Notes under the pieces: model-generated
Databases searched by the model: none
What the model saw: only the letters and a program-made list of their open reading frames with translations
Told to the model about the DNA's origin: nothing
In this document: positions 8,821 through 17,155 of the stretch, one piece after another
How positions within the stretch are numbered: position 1 is the stretch's first letter
Layout: each line of letters opens with the position of its first letter
Virus record (IMG/VR): IMGVR_UViG_3300030099_006646
Coordinates: 64,001 to 128,000 of that record
Source of the DNA: a virus
DNA: 64,000 bases
Reading direction: 5' to 3' (one strand)
Position numbers and translations under genes: made by a program

Positions 8821-10752
8821 ATGGCTAGCAAGAAAAACACAAGGAACCCTCAAAGTAACCTCTTTAAACAACTTACCCGTTTATTTTCAGGTCCTATCAC
8901 AGATTACAGAAGGCAAAATCCTAGAAAAGAAAGAAGACGCCAGCTAGACAAATATAGTTTTCAATCTGCCGGTGGATTAGAGTTTAAAAAGAGCGCTTAT
9001 GACCCATACAAAAACCTTGGAGCCAACTTCTTTAACAATCAAAGCCGTATGGAAAGATACCTTGACTTTGACCAAATGGAGTATTCTCCAGAGCTTCACT
9101 CTGCTTTAGATATTTATGCAGATGAAATGACAACTTCTAACGAGTTTAGCCCTCTTTTAGGTATCGCCTGTCCTAACGAAGAAATACGCTTTACTCTTGA
9201 GAACCTTTATCACAACGTCCTAAACATTGATTTTAATCTTTTTGGCTGGTGTCGCACAATGTGCAAGTATGGAGATTATTTCCTTTACCTTGATATTGAC
9301 GACGAACAAGGAATTAAAAACGCCATCGGTCTTCCAGCAAAAGAGATTGAGCGCTTAGAAGGCGAAGACCCAACAAATCCAAACTACGTCCAGTTCCAAT
9401 GGAACTCGGGCGGTCTAACTTTCGAAAACTGGCAAATGGCTCATTTTCGTATCTTAGGCAACGACAAACACGCTCCCTACGGGACATCCGTCCTCGACCC
9501 CGCTCGTCGCATTTGGCGACAACTTACACTCCTTGAAGATGCTATGATGGCTTATCGTATTGTTAGAGCACCAGAAAGAAGAGTTTTTTATATTGATACT
9601 GGTAATATTTCTCCCGAAGATGTCGAACAATACATGCAGAAAGTCATGACCCAAATGAAGCGCAATCAAGTTGTAGATGCCGACACAGGTCGAGTCGATC
9701 TTCGCTACAACCCTATGTCTGTTGAAGAAGACTATTGGGTTCCCGTAAGAGGAGCAACTAACACTCGTATTGAAAACCTTCCAGGTGGAACCTATACAGG
9801 TGACATTGATGACGTTAAGTATTTAAGAGATAAACTATTCAGCGCAATCAAAATCCCTGCATCTTACCTCTCTGCCACCGACGAAGGTGGAGAAGATAAG
9901 ACAACTCTCTCGCAGAAAGACATTCGTTTCGCCAGAACAATTCAGCGGCTTCAAAGAGCTGTTATTTCTGAGCTTGAAAAGATTGGTGTTATCCATCTTT
10001 ATACGCTCGGCTTCAGAGGAGAGGATTTGGTTTCATTTAGCTTGACTTTAAATAATCCTTCTAAAATCGCTGAACTCCAAGAACTTGAACACTGGAGAAC
10101 AAAATTTGAAGTTGCTTCTTCTGCCACAGAAGGCTTCTTTAGCAAACGTTGGATTTTCGAGAATTTATTCAATATGTCACATGAAGATATCAATAGAGTT
10201 CAAAGAGAAAAGTTTTACGATAAAAAATATGATACTGCCTTAGAAGGAACTACAGAAGAAGCTCTTGGAGACACAGCCGGTGGTGCAGGTTTTGATACAG
10301 GCGGGGAGGGTGATCTGTTCGATGATGCCGGTGGAGATGACCTTGAAGCCCCTGATGCCGAAGGTGCCGATCTAGATCTTGAAGAACCCGCTGCTGAAGA
10401 AGCGCCTGCTGAAGAAGAATCTCCAACAGGTGGTCTTATAACAGCTCCTGGCAAAAGAGATGATGAAAATTATAAAGTAACAAAAGTTGATAAAATGGGA
10501 AATAAAAAAGAAACAACTACCGCCTCAAACGGAAAGTGGAATACTCCTGTAAGTCACGATCGCAGAACTTCTTCTGGTCCTCGAAAAAGACAAATAAAAG
10601 CCAAAGGAGATATCCCACAGCCAATGAAAAGCTTAGGTCGTGGTATCACAGAAGAACTTGCTACTACTTATAAGAAGGAAGAAGAACTTTTGTTTCAGAC
10701 AAAGATAGATATTGATAATCTTATAGCTGGCTTGGAGAACAAAATTAAATGA
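8821..10752 (+). CDS. portal protein (T4 gp20-like)
   Basis: LEDAMMAYRIVRAPERRVFYIDTGN gp20 signature; follows TerL; acidic low-complexity C-terminal tail. Confidence 0.93.
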   Translation: MASKKNTRNPQSNLFKQLTRLFSGPITDYRRQNPRKERRRQLDKYSFQSAGGLEFKKSAYDPYKNLGANFFNNQSRMERYLDFDQMEYSPELHSALDIYADEMTTSNEFSPLLGIACPNEEIRFTLENLYHNVLNIDFNLFGWCRTMCKYGDYFLYLDIDDEQGIKNAIGLPAKEIERLEGEDPTNPNYVQFQWNSGGLTFENWQMAHFRILGNDKHAPYGTSVLDPARRIWRQLTLLEDAMMAYRIVRAPERRVFYIDTGNISPEDVEQYMQKVMTQMKRNQVVDADTGRVDLRYNPMSVEEDYWVPVRGATNTRIENLPGGTYTGDIDDVKYLRDKLFSAIKIPASYLSATDEGGEDKTTLSQKDIRFARTIQRLQRAVISELEKIGVIHLYTLGFRGEDLVSFSLTLNNPSKIAELQELEHWRTKFEVASSATEGFFSKRWIFENLFNMSHEDINRVQREKFYDKKYDTALEGTTEEALGDTAGGAGFDTGGEGDLFDDAGGDDLEAPDAEGADLDLEEPAAEEAPAEEESPTGGLITAPGKRDDENYKVTKVDKMGNKKETTTASNGKWNTPVSHDRRTSSGPRKRQIKAKGDIPQPMKSLGRGITEELATTYKKEEELLFQTKIDIDNLIAGLENKIK

Positions 10753-11567
10753 AATTTAAACATAATAAAAAAAGAAATACCGCTTTTGTATTTGAGAGCT
10801 TAGTGAGAGAAGTTGTAAAGAGCGTTATTTCTGAAGATCTTGATCGCAAAAACAAAATAATCAAAACACTTAAAACATTCTTTAACAAAGAAACTGAACT
10901 TTATAAAGAGTTGCAAATTTATAACTCTATCTTGGAAACAAGAGATATGGATAAAGAGTTAAAAGAAAAGGTTATCAAAGAAGCAAGATTTCAACACTCC
11001 AAGCTTGATAAGGATTCTATTTTTAATTCTCAAACATCTCTTATCAACGAAATCAATAAAAATGTAACAAAAGATCTTTTTAACAATTTTATCCCTAACT
11101 ACAAGAACTTAGCTACGATTTATAACTTTTTAAACTTGGATGTTGCTCCAAAAAAGAAAGTTATTTTAGAAAGCAAGCTTGTAGAGGAACTAAAACAACT
11201 TGAAGAAGAAAAGAAAGTCCCAACAGACCAGCTTACTTTTAATGTTTTTATGAAAAAATATAACAAGCAATATGGCGATGGACTCTTACAGGAACAAAAA
11301 ACACTTCTCAACAAATACATCACGTCTTTCTCCGACAACGGGCTTGGATTAAAAGTCTTCCTTAACGAAGAAGTTGGACGTATCAAGACAAAACTAAAAG
11401 AAACTCTTGAGACAGAGCTTGTAAAAGAAAACGATGGTATTAAAGAAAAAATCCTAAAGGTTACAGAGATTGTAGAATCTTTGAAAAGTCAACCTATCAA
11501 TCAAGATGTTCTCAAAAGTATTCTTAAAATACAAAACTTGTTAAGTGAGATGGAACAAAATGGCTAA
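10749..11567 (+). CDS. hypothetical head-module protein
   Basis: 272 aa ORF, ATGA coupled to portal, KHNKKRNT N-terminus. Confidence 0.7.
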   Translation: MKFKHNKKRNTAFVFESLVREVVKSVISEDLDRKNKIIKTLKTFFNKETELYKELQIYNSILETRDMDKELKEKVIKEARFQHSKLDKDSIFNSQTSLINEINKNVTKDLFNNFIPNYKNLATIYNFLNLDVAPKKKVILESKLVEELKQLEEEKKVPTDQLTFNVFMKKYNKQYGDGLLQEQKTLLNKYITSFSDNGLGLKVFLNEEVGRIKTKLKETLETELVKENDGIKEKILKVTEIVESLKSQPINQDVLKSILKIQNLLSEMEQNG

Positions 11568-12084
11568 AGAAATTAATGTAACAGTAAAATATAAGAAACT
11601 TATTGAAGTTGCCTTGGATGTCAAGAAGTCTTTGGATGGAAATCTCATGATCTTCGACCATAAAGATATTGATATTGTTATCATTACAGAAAGCAAGAAG
11701 GTTGTTACATTCCCAAAAAACGAATATTCCAAGCACGTTTATCCAACGCAAGACAAGTTATTTAATTATTTAAGGCGCGATGGTGTTATTAAATACGACA
11801 GCATTAAAGGTGGAAACATTTTTATGTCTATGGAAGCTATGATTGCAGAATCAGAAGAAGTTAATTCTATTGATGCAACACTCTACTCTATCTCTAAGTT
11901 TATGACTGAAGAAAGAGAAATTTTTAAATACGAAGATGAGATGATGCAGCAGGAGGAAGAAAACCTCACAGATCCTTCACCAGAGGACTCAACAGAACTT
12001 GGAGAGGTCCCACAAGACCCAAGGAAAGGGAGCATCGTTCCAGGCATTAACCCTTATGGTCTACCTGCACAATACAACATGTGA
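11560..12084 (+). CDS. hypothetical protein
   Basis: Probable start ATG 11560 overlapping previous stop. Confidence 0.7.
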   Translation: MAKEINVTVKYKKLIEVALDVKKSLDGNLMIFDHKDIDIVIITESKKVVTFPKNEYSKHVYPTQDKLFNYLRRDGVIKYDSIKGGNIFMSMEAMIAESEEVNSIDATLYSISKFMTEEREIFKYEDEMMQQEEENLTDPSPEDSTELGEVPQDPRKGSIVPGINPYGLPAQYNM

Positions 12085-12088
12085 TTGA

Positions 12089-12403
12089 ATGGATTTAGTT
12101 TATTTTATTTTATGTGCCTATGGCATGACGCAGATTATTCTTTATGGTTCTATCTTTAATAAAATTCGACCTTCTAAAGATTGGCTTAAAGGCTTCGGAA
12201 AATTATTTCACTGCGCGATGTGCATGGGCTTTTGGGTAGGAGTTTTTCTTGCTTTTTTAAGTCCTTTTTGTTCTTTGTGGCAGTATGAACTTAGTGCTGC
12301 TAATATTTTTCTTCTAGGGTGTCTATCGTCGGGAGCATCGTATATTTTAAACCGCCTTGTGAATGACGACGGAGTTTCTATCACTTTAAATAAAAATGAA
12401 TGA
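12089..12403 (+). CDS. membrane protein with CxxCxGFW motif (DUF1360-like)
   Basis: Three hydrophobic segments, LFHCAMCMGFWVG. Confidence 0.6.
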   Translation: MDLVYFILCAYGMTQIILYGSIFNKIRPSKDWLKGFGKLFHCAMCMGFWVGVFLAFLSPFCSLWQYELSAANIFLLGCLSSGASYILNRLVNDDGVSITLNKNE

Positions 12404-12424
12404 TGCTTTAAGTGCTTAAAGATA

Positions 12425-12431
12425 CTATTTA
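12425..12431 (+). promoter_or_regulatory. putative late promoter element CTATTTA
   Basis: Intergenic, upstream of the micro-ORF and prohead protease. Confidence 0.6.
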
Positions 12432-12463
12432 TTGTGGTATTTTATATTTAGGAGTCTAGTAAA

Positions 12464-12529
12464 ATGCAAAGACAAAACACCCCCCGAGTTAGACGCTGTT
12501 GCAGCGGAAGTAATACCAAGCAGGGGTGA
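12464..12529 (+). CDS. 21-aa leader micropeptide MQRQNTPRVRRCCSGSNTKQG
   Basis: SD TAGGAG upstream; not in ORF track; stop codon lies inside the following hairpin. Confidence 0.5.
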   Translation: MQRQNTPRVRRCCSGSNTKQG

Positions 12530-12544
12530 GCCCTGCTTCTTTTT
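12518..12544 (+). terminator. intrinsic terminator/attenuator-like hairpin
   Basis: AAGCAGGG-GTGAG-CCCTGCTT followed by CTTTTT. Confidence 0.6.
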
Positions 12545-12556
12545 AGGAAATAAAAT

Positions 12557-13177
12557 ATGACTAAACAACTTATTAGAGAATTTTATGAACTTTGCCCTGA
12601 TGGTAACTGCGTTATGGACGTGTTGACTGAGGGCGAAAAAACCCGTCGTGATAATGGATCAGTGTTTCTTGTTGGTATTTGCCAAAAAGCAGGCACAAAA
12701 AACGGAAACGGCAGGGTTTATCCTAAAAACGTCTTGGAAAGAGAGATAGAAAACTATCAACAACTTGTTCGCGAAAGACGCGCACTTGGAGAGCTTGACC
12801 ATCCAGACGATTCTGTCATTAATCTTAAAAATGCTTCACACCTTATCACAAAAATGTGGTGGGATGGGGACAGTGTAATGGGAAAGATTGAAGTTTTAGA
12901 CACTCCGTCCGGTAAAATACTTAAAGACCTTTTGAACTCTGGCGTAAAGTTGGGAATTTCCTCCAGAGGTATGGGATCTGTAAAAGAATCTATGGGCGCT
13001 TTAACTGTAGAAGACGATTTTCAACTTATTTGTTTTGATATGGTAGCTGACCCTTCTACTCCTGGTGCTTTTATGAACCTTTCAGAGTCTAAAAAGACAC
13101 CGACCTTTACAAAGGAACTTTCCCAAGTTGATAAAATCAACTTTGCTTTAAATGACATCCTCAAGGAGGCAAAATGA
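12557..13177 (+). CDS. prohead protease (T4 gp21-like)
   Basis: KNGNGRVYP, ALGELDHP, LGISSRGMGS, FDMVADPSTPGA. Confidence 0.95.
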   Translation: MTKQLIREFYELCPDGNCVMDVLTEGEKTRRDNGSVFLVGICQKAGTKNGNGRVYPKNVLEREIENYQQLVRERRALGELDHPDDSVINLKNASHLITKMWWDGDSVMGKIEVLDTPSGKILKDLLNSGVKLGISSRGMGSVKESMGALTVEDDFQLICFDMVADPSTPGAFMNLSESKKTPTFTKELSQVDKINFALNDILKEAK

Positions 13178-13578
13178 AAAAAGCAGAACTAAAAAGAGCT
13201 TTAAAGCCCCTAGTCAAAGAATGCATCAAAGAAGTATTATTTGAAGACGGTGTGTTATCTGGTATTATTGCCGAAGTCGTCACAGGTCTCGGAGCAGGTC
13301 AAGTTGTCATGGAACAAAAAACCCAACAAGTTGACCAAGAAGCTCTTCTTCGCGAAAAGGCAGAGCAAATGGAAGCCGAAAGACAAAGAAGAATAAAAAG
13401 ACTCAATGAAAGTTCTGGATTAGGCAAGAAGGTTAACGTATTTGAAAGCGTTAAACCGATTCAAGAATCCAAGCAAAGCGGTCCTTCCCCGCTTGCTGGA
13501 ACATCTCCAGGCGACAGCGGAGTTGACATCTCAGGCATTATGAATGTCTCGCGCCATAATTGGAAGGACCTCATCTAA
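13174..13578 (+). CDS. prohead core-type protein with helical IKE leader
   Basis: MKKAELKRALKPLVKECIKEVLFE N-terminus; coupled to protease. Confidence 0.6.
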   Translation: MKKAELKRALKPLVKECIKEVLFEDGVLSGIIAEVVTGLGAGQVVMEQKTQQVDQEALLREKAEQMEAERQRRIKRLNESSGLGKKVNVFESVKPIQESKQSGPSPLAGTSPGDSGVDISGIMNVSRHNWKDLI

Positions 13579-13587
13579 GGGAAAATA

Positions 13588-13806
13588 ATGGCAAAACCAA
13601 AAAATTTAGAAGTAACTTTGCAGCAATGTAAAGGAGATCAAAACAGACTAATCAAGAGATTTATTAAAAAATTTAAAAAGTCTGGAATAATGGACGAGTT
13701 GAGAGATAGAAGGTTCCATCAAAAGAAATCAGACAAAAGAAGAAGAAAGAAAAACCAAAGAAAGAGAATACTTAAAAAAGAGCAACAAAAAAGAGGAGTT
13801 AAATAA
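13588..13806 (+). CDS. rpsU: phage-encoded ribosomal protein bS21 homolog
   Basis: 72 aa basic protein, LIKRFIKKFKKSGIMDELRDRRFHQKKSDKRRRK matches the bS21 pattern; located in head module. Confidence 0.75.
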   Translation: MAKPKNLEVTLQQCKGDQNRLIKRFIKKFKKSGIMDELRDRRFHQKKSDKRRRKKNQRKRILKKEQQKRGVK

Positions 13807-14279
13807 TGTCAGTTTTTGAACAATATTCACCAGGGCTTGGAAGCGTAGGAAATTATCAGGTAGCAGGGACACCTTGGCTTACATCGTCAACCATCCCAGC
13901 TTCTGGCAATGTAGCTAATACTTCAAGAAATTCTAGCACGCAACATATCCAGTTTCCTTACGTTACAAAGCAGATTACAATAGAAAACATTGGAACAGGA
14001 GAAATCTGCTTTACTCTTAAGGACGAAGGAAATGCTCTTGGCGATGGCGTTAACGGTGGTCACTCCTTTACTATTCCTCCATCAGGATCAAATGGATCGC
14101 CTCTTAGTAGAGTGACTCTTGACATGAAAACAAAAGAAATTTTTATCTCAAACAAACATAATCAACCTGGAGGCTTTCAGGTTTATGCTTCTTTAACAAG
14201 AATCGACAGAAGACACATGTTTGAACTCACAGGATCTGGTATTAACAGCGAGCCAGGTGATACAACAATCGTACCATAA
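13806..14279 (+). CDS. putative virion structural protein
   Basis: 157 aa beta-rich G/S/T-rich protein, PGLGSVGNYQVAGTPW. Confidence 0.6.
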   Translation: MSVFEQYSPGLGSVGNYQVAGTPWLTSSTIPASGNVANTSRNSSTQHIQFPYVTKQITIENIGTGEICFTLKDEGNALGDGVNGGHSFTIPPSGSNGSPLSRVTLDMKTKEIFISNKHNQPGGFQVYASLTRIDRRHMFELTGSGINSEPGDTTIVP

Positions 14280-14296
14280 CAGCTTAGGGGAAGGAA

Positions 14297-17002
14297 ATGC
14301 CAGTCAGTTTTATTGGAGCAGGAAATTTTAAAGGAACTTGGGACGCTAATGCAAATAGCGGTTCCGCTGATTTTTTAAACACAGGAGAGCCTTTACTAGC
14401 CTCCTCGGCAAGTGCGACTGCCGGATACAATGTTGCTGTAACTCCAGCACAAACTGCCTCTGTAGGCGATTACTGGCAGGTTACAACTGCTGGATCTACA
14501 AACATTGATGGCGAGACTAACTGGCAACTTAACGATTGGTGTCTTTATGTAAGCTCTTCAGACAATGGACTTCACTGGCGAAGATTAAGTGTATCAGATA
14601 CTGTTGCATCTGTCACTATTGGAGAAGCTTCTTCAGAAGGACTAAAGACAGATCTTCTTGCAAGCGCTAGTGCTCAAAGCGGACCTAATAACGCTTATGG
14701 CAAAAATGGAGAGATTTTATTTTGCTCTTCTTCGGATGCCGCAGGTAACAACAAATATTTTGAAGGAAGCAACGCCCTTACTTGGAATTCTAATGGAAGC
14801 GTTCTCAATCTTACAGGAACTCTTAAAGTTTCTGGAACAATCGAAGCAACAACACTGCACACTGTCGAGGTAACCTCTAGTGTATTGTTCGAAGACGGTT
14901 CAACTCGCTTTGGAAATTCAACAGACGATAGTCACGAGTTTAGTGGTTCTGTTTATGTTTTAACTGGTTTAACCTCAAGCGCGGGTATTTCTGGCTCTTA
15001 TCTTATGGGCGATGGTTCCCGACTAACTGGAATTACTGCTGGCTCTACTCTTGGGAATCCTGGCTATGGAAACGCTGCTACTTCTAGAGTTCCTTTCTTT
15101 GGGGTAATCGACGGTGCCAGCAAGCTTGGATTAAGCGGCTCGGCAAATTTTAGCTTCTTTACTGCCTCTAACGATCTTCAGGTTACTGGAAATATCCGCG
15201 CTAGCAATCTTTATGTTGGAGACTTTATTTACCACGAAGGCGATACTGATACGTATGTCCGCTTTCAAAATGGTGGAATCACCACGGCTGCTGATGCTAC
15301 TGTAGGTTCTGTTTTGACGTCCACAGGACTCACGATAAACCCAGGAAATGCAACCGGGTTTGATTTCTTAGTAGAGACTGCGAACTTTACCCGAGGCTTA
15401 CATGTAGATGGTGGAAGCGACAATGTAGGTATACGAACTGCTCCCTCTGGTGTCATCGAGGCTTTAGTAGTATCAGGCTCTACCCTGTTTGGTTCTGCAA
15501 GCGCTAGCACACATAGATTTACAGGCTCTTTGGTTGTCAGCAATGGCATATACACAACCCAAGATATTATTCACTGGGACGATACCAACACAAAAATAAC
15601 TTTTACAGACGATCAGATTGACTTTACAGCAGGAGGCGTCACGCTTTTATCTCTCGATGAGACAACTCAAGATATTGTTATTGTTGGTGACGGCACAGAC
15701 GTAGACTTCCAGGTCAAAGGTTTGAATGATAATCATGCTATATTCCTTGAAGGATCATCAGATAAAGTTGGAATAGGATTTAGCTCCCCCGCAGAGAAAT
15801 TATCAGTATCAGGTTCTACTGTCTTCGGGCGACCAAATGGTGAAGCAGACAAGCACACTTTTTCAGGCTCTGTTTATGTTTCCGATGACATTCATGTTGC
15901 CGACAGGATTTCTCACTTAGATGATTCAAATACTTTCTTCAACTTTAATGCAGACACTATCAACGCTACTGTTGGAGGCATTAGAGCTTTTGAGAACTCC
16001 ACAAATACATTTGAGTTCAATCCCGATGGAGAAACCTTCACTGTAAGTGCCCAAGGATCTTCTATATCTAACACTTTCTATATAAATGGACCAGCAGATA
16101 ACGTTGGAATACGATGCGCTCCTCTCAATTTACCAGAAGCTTTAGCTGTTTCTGGCTCAACCTTGTTCGGATCAGCCAGCGCAAACAGTCACCAGTTTAC
16201 AGGCTCTGTATATGTAAGCAATAACATAGCTTTTGCAGGCAACCTTCAAAACGCCGCAGATGATGATACTTATATCGATTTCCTCACAGATAGAATGCGC
16301 TTCTTTGCAGGTAATATTCAGTTTGCTGATTTCCTTGAATCTGCCACGGGACAAGATGCAATAACTTTCAATGGTAATAGTAGCGACGTTGACCTGATTA
16401 TTAAATCCGACCCAGGTGGAGGAACTGCAACAACTGCACATTCACACACTGTGTTTGTTGAAGCTTCTTCTGCTAGAGTCGGTATAGCGGAATCCTCTCC
16501 TGGAGCCCAGCTTGATGTATCTGGCTCAACTATTATTGGACGAAACGACGGTGCTACTATCTCTAGCAATCAAATCAGAGGTACGCTGTATGTAACAGGA
16601 AATGTTGGAATTAATACGGCAGTTACGGGATATTCCTTAACTCTTCCAAACTCAGATGACTTTTTAGGTCGAGGCATGGCTTATGCTTGGTCTACTTATT
16701 CATCTGCCCGATACAAGCAGAATGTCACACCTTTATCTAATCCAATTGAAACAGCCAAAAAACTACAAGGTGTCGAATTTACGTGGAAAGAATCTGGGCA
16801 TAAAGATTTTGGATTTATTGCAGAGGAAGTTGGAAAGGTCTTACCACAGCTAGTCTCTTATGAACCAGGCGGAAAAAATGCCATTGGAATGGACTACTCT
16901 AAAATCACTTCTCTATTGGTTGAGTGCGTAAAGCAACAACAAGAACAAATAGAAACACAAGAAGACAGAATAAAACAACTAGAAAAAAAATTAAAATCTT
17001 AA
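14297..17002 (+). CDS. fibre protein with C-terminal intramolecular chaperone (peptidase S74)
   Basis: Repeated L.VSGST.FG...H.F.GS.YV units and VGI repeats; C-terminal YSSARYKQNV, GFIAEEV, MDYSKI plus coiled coil. Confidence 0.85.
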   Translation: MPVSFIGAGNFKGTWDANANSGSADFLNTGEPLLASSASATAGYNVAVTPAQTASVGDYWQVTTAGSTNIDGETNWQLNDWCLYVSSSDNGLHWRRLSVSDTVASVTIGEASSEGLKTDLLASASAQSGPNNAYGKNGEILFCSSSDAAGNNKYFEGSNALTWNSNGSVLNLTGTLKVSGTIEATTLHTVEVTSSVLFEDGSTRFGNSTDDSHEFSGSVYVLTGLTSSAGISGSYLMGDGSRLTGITAGSTLGNPGYGNAATSRVPFFGVIDGASKLGLSGSANFSFFTASNDLQVTGNIRASNLYVGDFIYHEGDTDTYVRFQNGGITTAADATVGSVLTSTGLTINPGNATGFDFLVETANFTRGLHVDGGSDNVGIRTAPSGVIEALVVSGSTLFGSASASTHRFTGSLVVSNGIYTTQDIIHWDDTNTKITFTDDQIDFTAGGVTLLSLDETTQDIVIVGDGTDVDFQVKGLNDNHAIFLEGSSDKVGIGFSSPAEKLSVSGSTVFGRPNGEADKHTFSGSVYVSDDIHVADRISHLDDSNTFFNFNADTINATVGGIRAFENSTNTFEFNPDGETFTVSAQGSSISNTFYINGPADNVGIRCAPLNLPEALAVSGSTLFGSASANSHQFTGSVYVSNNIAFAGNLQNAADDDTYIDFLTDRMRFFAGNIQFADFLESATGQDAITFNGNSSDVDLIIKSDPGGGTATTAHSHTVFVEASSARVGIAESSPGAQLDVSGSTIIGRNDGATISSNQIRGTLYVTGNVGINTAVTGYSLTLPNSDDFLGRGMAYAWSTYSSARYKQNVTPLSNPIETAKKLQGVEFTWKESGHKDFGFIAEEVGKVLPQLVSYEPGGKNAIGMDYSKITSLLVECVKQQQEQIETQEDRIKQLEKKLKS

Positions 17003-17078
17003 GTAGTTGTTATCTTTAACAAAGCCTCTGCGCCTTGTTTTTTCTTGATAAAATAAGTATTTTTCCTTATTTTCTTTC

Positions 17079-17085
17079 CTATTTA
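17079..17085 (+). promoter_or_regulatory. putative late promoter element CTATTTA
   Basis: Intergenic, upstream of 17156. Confidence 0.55.
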
Positions 17086-17155
17086 TTTGCGGTGAGGGAC
17101 AAGTGTATCTTGCCCTTGCCAATAACATAATAACAAACAAGGGAGAAAATTTATT

